Assembly (NCBI GenBank): GCA_001179505.1
Contig: CDMY01000495.1
Coordinates: forward strand, 1 to 64,000
Length of the DNA stretch: 64,000 bases
DNA from: Vitrella brassicaformis CCMP3155
Taxonomy: Eukaryota; Protista; Chromerida
Direction of reading: 5' to 3'
A program made the position numbers and the translations under genes. Shown here piece by piece: positions 1 through 11,515 of the stretch; the stretch's first letter is position 1, and the number at the start of each line of letters is the position of its first letter. The notes below the pieces were generated by a model that made no database searches, was not told the DNA's origin, and was given only the letters and a program-made list of their open reading frames with translations.

Positions 1-2
1 CG

Positions 3-134
3 AAGGTGGCCTACAAGTGTGCCAAGGGCAAGCTGACCTTCATCGACGCCGAGCACTCCGGCAAGAAGACCCCCGTGTGCTGCATATACGACTACCACAA
101 CTTTGGGGGAGGCTCCAACAGCTACCACCACTGA
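3..134 (+). CDS. 3' terminal exon of an unidentified gene starting upstream of the window
   Basis: GC3-rich open frame KVAYKCAKGKLTFIDAEHSGKKTPVCCIYDYHNFGGGSNSYHH ending in TGA at 132-134, followed by low-complexity GT-rich sequence. Confidence 0.55.
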   Translation, partial: KVAYKCAKGKLTFIDAEHSGKKTPVCCIYDYHNFGGGSNSYHH

Positions 135-1033
135 TTGAGGGTGGCGGAAGGGGACACACACACGCCCTCACTGGTCTGTCTCGTTGTCTTCTTCATGTGA
201 TTAGTCTGTCTGTAGTACCAGCTGGTGCCTTGATTGTTTCTTTCTGTTTCTTTCTGTGACGAGATGTGTGTCGTTGTTAATGGTATGCCGTCCGTGTTGT
301 GTTGTGGTGTTCCGTTCCACGCCCATAGTATGGGGCAAATGAATGACATGCGCGTGGGGTGGTGGGGGGGTGCGTGGTGGATGTGTTTGTCAAGTGTTGT
401 TTGGTGGTTAATGTGCGTGGTCAAGCCGATGGTGTGGTGGTTTGGAGTCCTGCGGCAGACGGATTAGTGCCCTAGTCGACACGTGCCCACAGACAGACAG
501 ACAGACGAGCGTGTGGATATGTGTGTGAATTAGGTCATCCATCGCGTGACACCAGGGAGGGAGGGGAGGGAGGCAATGAAGACAGGGCCGGGGAGGGAGG
601 GGGGGGAGGACTGTATGTTCGCGACGTTGCTTCAGCTACACGAGACATGACACTTCTTTGTTGACATGCCATGCACTCTCGCCATTCAATCGATGCATTG
701 GAAGCTCAACGAATGTGTGACCACATCACTGACATGCTGCAGGTCTGTCTGTCTGTCTGTAAACGTCATCAGCATCACTCAGAAGCCATTGGATGAATTA
801 ATCATGTGTCAGTCAGAAGCTGACGGACTAATTAAGTATACACGGGTAAATAAAACACAGTGATTCACAGACAGACAGACAGACACGCAAAGCAGCAACA
901 GGGGGATGCATGGCACCCAGCCAGCCAGCCAGCCAGCCATTCATTCATTCGACAGGCCCACCCAACCATACACACACATCGACACAGCAGACCAGCACTC
1001 ACACAAAATACAAACATTGTACCGTAGCTCTTC

Positions 1034-4000
1034 TCAGCTACCTAAGCTAGGCGGCACATATATGCCCACAAACCAACAACACGACAGGACAGCAGCAGAC
1101 AACACAGACAGCAACACCCACGACCAGCTCCTGCCCCTGTCAGCCGCGGAAGACACATTCGGCTGCTGCATTGATGGAGGCACGGGAGCCGCATCCGTAT
1201 CGACAGTCTCCTTCTCTCTCTGGCCATCCTGCTGCTGCTGCTGCTGCTCTCGCCCGGTTGGTTCCTTCCCGTTGCCCTCTTCTAGGAACTCCGCTGGCTG
1301 AGGCGGTGGGGATACACCCGCCGCCTCCTCACTATCAGCTGCTGCACCGTCGCCCCCCTCTGCGCATGACTCATTGGCCGTGTCGACGTCGGATGCGTCG
1401 GTGGAAAGGATGATGAAGCCCTCGGGGGGCATGTCAACGCCTGAACGAAGAGGGAGGAGGGAATCGCATGACACGAGGAGTCAGCTGCTCCGTTCCGGCG
1501 TTCGTCATGTCGTTCGCTGGCTACCATTGAGCAGTCCGTCTTCGTCGATCTTGACGAGAGCTTCCCTGTTCTCACACTTGGAGGCCTCGTGAGACCAGTA
1601 CGACGCACCGAGATTGCAGTAGCTGCCCTGAAAAGGGAAAGACAGAAATGATGATATGGGCGTGAGCGGCCTCTTCCCTCTCCACTGACCTTTGGCAGCG
1701 CTGTGGAGAAGGTGAAGTTGGTCGCCGCCAGTGAGGGGTGGAAGTTGAGGGCCACCCACCCCCCACCGTCACACCTGCCTCCGCGCCCATAGGTGAGCAC
1801 AGACTCCTGCAGCTCCGCCTTGGCCGCTGGGGCATCAAAATTATTAACCTCCACCAGAGGGCCGTCACCCATGGCCTTCCGCAGACGGGGCAACGCTGAT
1901 CGATCCCCACACAGACGGATGCACAAACGTGATGAGGGTCTGCATCTCTCTGTGTCGTGTCGGTGTGTCCCTCACCGGCCAATGCCGGCAGTCGGTGTTC
2001 ACAGTTGAAGTGCGTCCCATCCGTGTCGATCTGCGGCGTCGCGTCCCAACTACGGTGGCTCTCGAGCACGTCGCCCCACAGCAGAGGAGCCGACCCATTG
2101 TGCTCGAATGACGGGCACTCGAGGGCAGACTCGGGGCTGTCCTCCTCATATCTCGGTGGGCCCACCCAGCCATGCTCGTCAAATATGTCCCCCGTCAGCT
2201 CGATCAGACGGCGCGGCCAATCGTAGGAGGAATACAGCCTGCACACACAACAACAACACCGCCACCACCACACCACACCACACCACACACCATGCGATGG
2301 GTGCATCCACGTGTGTGTCTGCAAAGATGGCTGTGTGCCGGTAGGTAGGTTGACCGTGGTGTGCCGTATGGCATTGTGAAGGTGAAAATGGTCAGCAGGA
2401 CCCACTGGTTGGGGTGGCTCCAGGGCGACAGCATGTCCAGCTCGCAGCTGCTGTCGTTGTTGTGCAGCATCATTCCCTCACCGCTCTCAACCAACTCTGC
2501 ACCATATCCCCAGGGAGAGAGAGACACACACCGATGAATGCATTGCATTGCATTGCATTGGTGTGTGTGTGTGTATCTCGGAGACCTGTTCCGTTTTGGC
2601 ACTTGTAGTCTTGTATGGCCGACATACCCACTGACCGCTCCGTGTCATGATTCGACACGAACGTCACTGCATTGCCAGACGGCAACGCATACCACGCTGC
2701 ACCACCATTGATAAACAGCCACAACACGATGCAGTGCAGCCCATCCGATGGTTCCAACACCTCTCCGCTTACATGAGTACTCGACCATGGCCTTCTCACT
2801 GAACCACTGCGGCAGAGTGTTCATGGCGAGGCACCTGCTCCCGCCCTCCCCCTCCCCCTCTGCCCCATCCTCCTCCTCCTCCCATATGTGCCGGGCCTTC
2901 CACGGACACAGACCGATCTCCCGCAGCCGGAAGGCCCAGTGGAAGAAGGTCACATTCGCACCCTCGTTGCCTCCTATGTTGATGTAGTCGGTGTTCCGGA
3001 GGCCCTCCTGGGGAGCCGAGAAGGTCGGCAGCACCTGCCACACAACACACACAACGCACTCCCATCATGACCGCGCTCCGTGACTGAGTGTGTCACGCCG
3101 ATTTGGGATGCTCAGCCCAGCCTACCTCCGGCAGGATGAATGGCCGTTTCCCCGATGCCGTCTGGTCCTGTGTCTTCTTGGCGACGTCGGGCAGGCCGTC
3201 AAAGATCTTATCCAGGTCGCCGGGCCACATGTGTTTGGCCGCATCGACGCGGAAACCGCCCACACCCAGCTCAAGAAGGGCCTCCAGCCGACTCCTGAGC
3301 AGCCTCTGCACTTTGGGCGACTCGGTCTTCATGTCCGGCAGACCCGACAGCCCACAATCCTTCACCTGCACCCATCCAACGAGAGCCGACACACGACACA
3401 TGCTCGGCACACAGGCAGGTGTGCATGCGGAACACACCTGTTCGGCGTCGCCGTAGTCGTCGATTCCGCAAAGGTGGAAGTCCTCCTGCGTAAGGCTGAG
3501 GTGGGGAAAGGTGCTGTTGGGCACACACAGCTCCACCGAGGGGTCGAATATCTTGGCTGCGGCGGGGCATGGCGGGTACTCTTCGTCGTGAAAGGGGAGG
3601 GATGTGGCGGTGTCGCAGCAGTTGTCCATGGCGGCCAGGTGGTTCATGACCACATCGGCTATGATGAAGATGCCGCTGTCTGCGCACCGGTCGACCATGT
3701 TGCGCAGCTGGGTCTCGTTGCCCAGCCGGGAGTGGAACCGCCACGAGATGGGCTGATACATCTCCTCCCTGCAGAGTGAATTGCACACACGGGATGCTGC
3801 CCACACACTGGCACCTGCAGTGCACTGACTGATGTTATGTGTGTTGCTTACCAGGGGTATATCTGTTTCTCGCCCAGGTCAGTCTCCCTATCCCCATTGA
3901 TGCGCACGTGGCTGAAGACGGGGCTGATCTGTATGGCCGTCCAGCCATCACGGCCCAGCCTGCCGCACTCCTCTGCGATTGCGTCGTACGGCCACGCGAA

Positions 4001-4117
4001 GAGCTGGAGCAGAGATGCGGTAGATGCATCCGCTGGGCGAGAGAAGACCACCAGCAGCCACAGCAGCAACTTGAAGGCCCGAGTCAATAACGGCGCCCGT
4101 ACAAAGCAAGAAGCCAT
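1034..4117 (-). CDS. Alpha-amylase (GH13, animal/actinobacterial type) with signal peptide and C-terminal hydrophobic anchor; multi-exon
   Basis: Exons give LLQLFAWPYDAIAEEC, YQPISW, IIADVVMNH, LSGLPDM, GFRVDAAKHM (nucleophile), PFILPEV (acid/base), FVSNHDTER, PYGTPR|LYSSYDWPR, GWVGPP, FNCEHR and GSYCNL. Hydrophobic N-terminus; C-terminal WSWVLLSVLSAAVLSCCWFVGIYV. Confidence 0.93.
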
Positions 4118-4425
4118 TATGGTGGAAAGGGACAGTTCCTCACATCTGGCGCTCTTGGCGCAGTGTAAGGATATGAAAAAGCCTCTTGCACCTTCTTGGG
4201 TTTTTGCGAGCTGAAGAAGGAGGGCTCACTTAGCTCGCAGATGACAAGAACGGAGATCTGGGAAGCGCCACCGTACCAGGCTGCTCGTGTTGATGGCGTG
4301 AGGGTAAGGCAGCGAAGGATCCATTGAGATCCGCCGTGCATCACTCATCGCGTGTGTATGCGGGTTCCTGTTCAGGTCCATGCAGCAGTTGATGGATCTC
4401 TGAGGAGTCAGCTGTGGTTTGCTGA

Positions 4426-7400
4426 ATGAAGTGGTGGGGTCTGCAAGGCTGGGCGCTGCTCGACAGCCTCCTGTCGGCACCACCAACGTCGGCACTCGAC
4501 ACGCCGCCGCTGGACCACCATCAGCATCATCGGCATTATGCTGAGGGGGCCTCGGCCTTCATCCCAATCAGCCCGTCGCTGGTGCCGCGGGCGACCTCAT
4601 TTCGAAGGCGCATCAGGCGGCACTGTACAGTCCACTATGCCTCGGAGGCATCGACGGCCACCGGCAAGAAGCGCGGAAGGAGGAAGCAGACCGGTGACGG
4701 TGATGGTGACGGTGACAGTGACGGTGACAGTGACAATGGGGCAGCCGCGGCTGTCGACCTTAGGACAGCAAGCAGGCAGAAGAAGACCGCCTACAGGCGG
4801 CTGAAGGTGATCAAGAAGTACGCCAACTCGGCATCATCTGCTGCTAAACCATCGTCGGGCGCAAGTACAAGCCCACCAGCCGTCCCCCTGCCGCCGCTCC
4901 CCTCCCCNNNNNNNNNNNNNNNNNNNNNNNNNNNNNNNNNNNNNNNNNNNNNNNNNNNNNNNNNNNNNNNNNNNNNNNNNNNNNNNNNNNNNNNNNNNNN
5001 NNNNNNNNNNNNNNNNNNNNNNNNNNNNNNNNNNNNNNNNNNNNNNNNNNNNNNNNNNNNNNNNNNNNNNNNNNNNNNNNNNNNNNNNNNNNNNNNNNNN
5101 NNNNNNNNNNNNNNNNNNNNNNNNNNNNNNNNNNNNNNNNNNNNNNNNNNNNNNNNNNNNNNNNNNNNNNNNNNNNNNNNNNNNNNNNNNNNNNNNNNNN
5201 NNNNNNNCCCTCTCTCAGAAGCCGATGACGGCGCCTCCTCGGCCATCGATCGTCTGCTAAGCCGGCTTGGCGACAAGGACAGGGACAAGCAGGCAGACAA
5301 CACATACGCCGTGCCCCAGACACTAGCGAATCTGCCGCCCGTCAAGCCGCTGGCCGAGAGGAACACCGAGAGGAAGGACCTCTATGGCTGGGCTGACCGA
5401 TTGGCGCAGCAGACTGACCTGCCGCCACCGCCCTCATTTCCACCCATTTACGATGCCTACGACCGCCCACCGAGGAGCAGGCGCCCGGGCGGCTTTACCA
5501 GCGGCAGCAGCAGCTCGTCATCAGGTCTGGGGATGTTTCTGCCCGACTTTGGCGATGAGAAGGTTGAGAATGGCGTGGTTGTGACCGGGAGGAAACGCCG
5601 CCCGCTGATAGTTGAGCTGCCGGCTCCCGGCCCCCCGCGGCCGCACAGACACGAGGAGACCATACTCAACCTGATTGAGGGCAACAGGGGCGAGGGGCTG
5701 CTTCAGGTGGGTGAGAATGACTGACTGACTCAATGCTGACCAGCATGCAGAGCAGCGGACGCCAATGTATGTGTGGGTGTGTTGTGTTGTGTGGGTGCAG
5801 GGTGGCTGGCTTGCACCGACGCTTCAAGAAGAAGCGTCAGCTCGCGACGAAGGACCGAGCGCGCCTCTGCGCCAGTCGTCGAGGCGCCGTCGAGTGTGGA
5901 TCACTCAGGGCAAGACGGAATGGCCACGGGACGATGCAGTCGCGTAAGTGAGGGAGAAGGGAATGCGTGCAGACACACGGTGCTGACGGATCCATATCAT
6001 TCACAAACCTGTCCGTCCGCTTTTCGTTTCAGTGTGCTGCAGAGGGAGCTGGATCTCTTCCGGAGGTCAGGGGTGTCGGCTCTGGCCGTCACTCTCCACC
6101 CACACCCCACCAGCCTCACCAGGCAAGAAACACAGACAACAAAACAGCGAGCCAGCCTGAGCTGCCGACATCATCCATTCCATCGTTACGTGTGTGTGTG
6201 TGTGCGTGTGTGTGTATGTGTGCAGGATGCCCAGCACGTCAGTGCTGCACCTGTCCTTCTTGCACACGGCCGGCAAGAATGGGGGCGATGGTGGGGACAA
6301 GTGTGAGGAGAAGCACCTGCTGCTGGATCTCGGCTGTCTGCTGGCTGGCTCCAACGATGTGCGTGAGAGCGTCCTGGCCGAGCTGAAGGACCTCATGGAG
6401 GACCCGGCCGTCACCAAAGTAGTGCACAACGCCAGCCCTATCATCATTCGGTGGGGGAGAGAGAGGAAGACAGAGAGAGAGACGGAGACGGCCAGTCGGC
6501 ATCTCTGTCCATCCATCCGTCCTCTTTTGTCAGTCTGCAGCGGGAGTGGGGTCTCTACATTGTCAACATATTCGACACCGTTGTGGCGGGACAGAGGCTC
6601 AACATGCTACCCACCAAAGTGGCGGACCGACGAAGCGTCGCTCGCAACGCAAACAACCAGCCACAGCCACAGCAGCCCCCTCTATCCTTCGGCGGCCTCA
6701 TGGAGCCGGCACCGGCAGCAGAGCCACGCGACCTTGTGTCTGAGTATGTGTCGTTCGATCCGTCCCCCAGTGGTGTGTGGGATTGGAACCAGGCTGTCGA
6801 GGGGCTGGAGCACCTCTGCCGCCAATGCTGCCCTGAAATGAAAGGCGTTTTGACCATCGAGGACGACGTTGAAAGTGACGAAGGCGAGCAGCAGCAGGAG
6901 CAGCAGCAGGAGGGAGGCAGCAGCGACAGTGATCTCTCGGGCATCTTGGGCAGCACAGCAGAAGCGGCACCCGTATCTGAGTGGCATCTGATGGGGACCG
7001 AGAGCCGGGCTGTGGTGCCTGCGGACCTGCCGATGCCCCGCTCAGTGGAGCTGTCCATGATGCAGTGGGGCACTATGCTGCTGCACCTTCACCACCACCT
7101 GTCCGCCCGGCTGCGGCAGGACCACCTGGCTTTCATGGCGCGGCGTGAGGACGGCGCGCGCGAGGGCGATGACGCCGATGGCTTGACGGAGGATGAGCTC
7201 GACGAGGAGGAGGATATGCAGGAAGGGGACGAGAGTGACGACAGGGCTGAGAGCTCGAAGGCCGAGATGGCCCACAGAGATGCACAGCGGCTGACGCTCA
7301 GAGAAGGTGAGTGTGGGCAGCGAGACAGCGAGGGGATGGGGACTGGGGCCACAAACTTTGTGTCGTCTGTGTGTTCAGTCGTGTACCTCCCCCGATGTCG

Positions 7401-9917
7401 CGGTCCCCGTGTTTTGAATGCCATCGAGCTGCGAATCGCCCATCAGCTGCTCAACTACAGGTGCGGATCCCTCGACACGTACACACGGACAGACACAGGC
7501 ATAAAGATTCCCCCTCTGTGTGTGTGTGTGTGTGTGTGTGCAGAGCGTCCGACATCAGTCCGTTCCACCGTTACCTGTTGGCTGACGAGAGCATCCTTGA
7601 GCTGAGCCAGAAGGCCCTGACCAACCCCAGGATACCCAACAAGTACCTCCCCATATGGGACGACGTCTTCGCCAAGATCAAGACCCTCCGCGACACGCAC
7701 CGGGCCGTCACCCACCTGTTCGTCTCAGAAAGGAGAATCCTACGCAACCAAGACGTCTATGAGGTAGGCAGGCCAAGAGGCAGCAAAAGGGTGGTGGAAG
7801 ACATTGACAGGGACATTCTCTCATTGCTTGCTTGTGTCGCCTGTCGGTGTGTGTCTGCAGACGTTGCAGCGGTTGCGTCTGCGGATCAGCCAGCAGATCC
7901 CCTGGTGGCACCTGACTTCGATGCACACGGGATCCCATACCTTCGGGGGCCGCAAGGCTATGGCCGCCACACCCCAGGAGGCCGCCCAGCAGCGGGCCAT
8001 GCTCGAGCAGGACATGTACAGGCTGTTTCGCGAGCAGCTGGAGCCGCCAGCCGACGAAAGCAGAGTCCGAGAGGACCTCCGGCAACGCGTGAGTGGCCCA
8101 TCCATCCATCCATCCATCCATCCACACACACATAGGGAGGCACTATCACCTTCGAAGACACATGATCTCTCTGTCTGTGTGTTTTTGTATATGTGTGTAT
8201 GTGTGTGTATGCAGCTGGAGACACTGCTTCAGTCGTCTGGTCGTGCGGGCTGGTCCGACATCTCTCTGCAGCTGTACGGGTCGTCGGTCAACCAGTTCGG
8301 CGGGCGGGAGGCCGACGTCGATCTGCTGTGCCAGTCGCCAGACCGCGACCACCACGAGATCCTCATGGGTGACCAGAATGCGATGGCAAAGGTCACACGT
8401 CTGTTCGAGAACGGCACACTGGAGCTGGACATGAGGGCGCCGATCGACGTGGCGACGCTGCCAATGCCCGTGCCAGCCAAGGATGAGGATGGCGAGCAGC
8501 GTGGGGCGGCTGAGAGTGATGAGGAGGGGGCGAGACGAGAGCCGTTGAGGGTGCAGAGGATCGCTGAAGTGCTCGAGCAGGGCGGATATGAGAACGTAAG
8601 TAAAGCAAGGCACCGACGGCAGGACAGGACGCCCACACATGAGTGGGTGGGCGGGATCGTGCGGGCGTGGCGTGCATACGTAGGTCACGTGGATCGCCAA
8701 GACTAAGGCGCCGATCGTCAAGTTCGTCGACCCCGTGAGCGGGTTGGAGGGCGACATCGGCATACAGAACCGCCTCCCCATTCACAACACCGACCTGCTG
8801 GCCACTTACGCGCAGGCTCACCCAATCGTAAGACTCAACGAAGAGACAGGCGGAGTCGTGCTTCCGTAGACGTGTCTAAAGATATCGTGTGAATGTTCGC
8901 GGTTGTGGCTGTGCTGTGCAGGTGCGCCCATTTGTGTACTTGGTCAAACATTGGGCCAAGTCGCGGGGCATCAACAACCCCAAGTGAGTGAGAAACCAGA
9001 TGATAATTAATTAAGTCAAGTCATCGCCTTGTTCCTTTGTGTGTCCTTCCTTCCTTCCTTGGTTTGTTCGTTCAGGATCGGCTTGGGTTTCAGCAGCTAC
9101 GCGTACGTGTTGATGGCGCTGTTTGTGCTGCAGCGTGAGGGCATCATCCCGTCTTACCAGCAGCTGCCCTGCAACGCTGGCGCACTCGTGTGGCACCAGG
9201 GCAGCTGGTACGACTGCCGCTACCACACACCCGCACACGACACGCAGCGGGACCACCACAACCACCACCAGCAGCAGCAGGGGTCCGCCCCCGAGGTGTC
9301 GTTGGCCAGCCTCCTGCTCCGGTTCTTCGACTTTTACGCCAACTTCTTCGATCCGGAGAGGGACGTGGTATGGACATATAGATGGACAAACAGACGGAGG
9401 GAGGGCAGTGGTCCATCCATCTTCCTTGCTGTTGACGTTTTGTGTGCAGGTGAGCGTTCGTGAGGGCCGCCTGCTGTCCAAGTACGAGAAGGGGTGGCAC
9501 ATCCGGTCGCCCATGGCCAGCCACTTCTGGCCTGTCGAAGACCCTTTCGAGACCGAGGTGAGTCAGCGGGAGAGAGAGGGAGGGCTGCATGTGCCCTCTC
9601 TGATCCCTCCCTCTGTCTGTCCCTGGTTCCTGTGTGTTTTCGTGTGTGTCAGATTGACTTGAGTCGTGTGATGCGAGACCGCGAGGCGATTGACGTGGTG
9701 CTGTATGAGTTCCAGAGGGCGCACCTCATGCTTGATGCAGGGTGGGGCAACAGACCACACAAGAGCAGAGCACACTACACAGGAGGATGTCCATTCCTGA
9801 CTTGCTCTGTGTGTGGATGGATGGATGGATGGATGCAGGCAGTCGCTGTCGTCGTTGCTGGAGCCGTGCGACGAGCTGCCCACCATGGCGGACACGACTG
9901 TGAGACAGCTCGTCTAG
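4426..9917 (+). CDS. Cid1/TUTase-family terminal nucleotidyltransferase with an N-terminal degenerate DEDD (RNase D-like) exonuclease fold and a possible HRDC-like segment; contains an assembly gap
   Basis: NTase motifs LYGSSVNQFGGREADVDL (8275-8325), KAPIVKFVDP..EGDIGIQN (third Asp 8753), VKHWAKSRGINNP, FSSYAYVLMALFVLQ, LLRFFDFYA, VEDPFETE|IDLSR. Upstream exons give LKDLMEDPAVTKVVHN..WGLYIVNIFDT (exonuclease-like). Last exon GQSLSSLLEPC.. ends in TAG at 9915-9917. Confidence 0.85.
4908..5208. other. Assembly gap (~300 N) inside the first exon of the TUTase gene
   Basis: N run flanked by C-rich sequence. Confidence 0.99.
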
Positions 9918-10267
9918 GCCTGAAGGACAGCTACATACCTTAGGCCATCAAATGCCAGCCAGACCAGTCCAGTGTGGAAAATCAGGCAGATCCATGTCAT
10001 GTTGTGGCTGATGCGCGATATCGATGTGACGATACATAGCTATAGACAGGCGTGCAGCATGCATGATCGATGTCGTATAAAGCTCTGCATTATTCACGCA
10101 ACACATTCATTCATTCAGTCAAGATTGAATTACACAATTTGTCGACACACCCACACATCGATCCGATCCACATGTCTGCGTATACACATACAAATAAGCG
10201 ACGTGTGTTTGTCAGTCCGATTCAAGGATTGCTCGGGCGGCGCACGTGTGACTGAAGCAAAACCGTG

Positions 10268-11448
10268 ATGGCGCTCAAGATGGTGCTCGTCGCTCTGTGT
10301 GCGGTGGCCATGGCGGCTGCCGGCAGTCTCCGCCACAATCAGGCACGGCTGGCGCCATCGCTGGAAGACGAGATCAACCAGGAGGCCACGCAGCAGTTCA
10401 ACTACCTCATCGGCCACAACTACTTCTTCGAATGCCCCGACGCCGTTGTTCTCGACACGGAGGCAATGGTGGGCAGACGGAGAGGGCAATGCACTGTGCT
10501 CGTCTCTCAAAGGGGATTGTTGAATATCAGGGGATTGTTGACATGGTCAGTGCTGAGCAGCAGTGCGTGTCGAATCCAAGCTGCACTTACTTTCTCTGGT
10601 CAGCCGGATAAACACTCAGACACAGACAGACAGACAGAGACATTCACACGTGCAGGAATCCAGAGAAGAAGCAGCTGTACATCTGCAAGGACAGGGGATT
10701 CGAAAGAGCCACCACACAGTTCGGGTCAGTCAGACAATCACAGAGATACACTCACCCGTGTCTCTTGTGTCAGGTGGACGATGGGTGTGAAGCCCTCGAT
10801 GGTGGATGTGTCAGCAGGCGCCTACCGCATCATCCGCAACGAGCAGGCCATCTGTGCCGAGCCTAATATCATCAAGACGAAGGCCGTATCCGCACTCTCA
10901 CAGGCCGCCGCTGGTCAGTCATGACAAAACTCACCAGAGACACACACACACACCACGTGGTGTGTCGTTCGTGTGGCAGAGTGTGACAAGGAGCCCCGTT
11001 GCTCGCACTTTTCCATGAACCTATTGGCTGGTGGCGAAGTCGGGCCCACGGCAGGCAGCCACGAGGTTGTGTTTTGTTCCGGCCAGCTGGAGAGACTCAG
11101 CATCGATGGCTTTGTCGTTGGCGTCAAGCAGACGGGCGTGAGGGGACCACCCAGAGCAGCACGAGCGCTGGCTGCACCATGGTCTGTCTGCTTGATCAGA
11201 TCGGCACATCACATTCAGACACGTGCTCTCCCTGCCTGTGTGTACGGTGCTTGTGCAGCGACATCAACGGCCCGATCACCCACACAGGCGACATATTCGC
11301 ACCGGCGACGGCCGCGGGTGAGGCGAAGCAGGGCGAGCAGGGCCTTAGACATCAGGGACCCTGCGAAGAGAGATGTCTATGTTGTGTGTCGTGCTATGTT
11401 GTGTCGTTGTGCTTCTGCGGAAACATGGATATGATCTGTTGTTATTAA
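10268..11448 (+). CDS. Secreted protein with two PAN/apple-like repeats
   Basis: Signal peptide MALKMVLVALCAVAMAAAG. Spliced repeats ECPD..QQCVSNPSCTYFLWNPEKKQLYIC..GWTMGVKP and AICAEP..AAECDKEPRCSHFSM..VVFC..GFVVGVKQ. 3' end uncertain. Confidence 0.65.
10511..10541 (+). repeat. Tandem duplication with 18-bp period (13-bp AGGGGATTGTTGA x2) across a splice acceptor
   Basis: Copies at 10511-10523 and 10529-10541. Confidence 0.9.
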
Positions 11449-11515
11449 AGACATTTAATTAAACGACTGTCCATCCGTACCTACGACTGTGTGTCCGTCT
11501 ACGAGCGGCCAAGCT

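Noticed and set aside
4791-5366. Long ORFs spanning N runs (also at 24.6-25.4, 31.0-32.2 and 39.8-40.5 kb)
   Set aside because: Their length is inflated by stop-free Ns; only the flanking parts consistent with gene models were used
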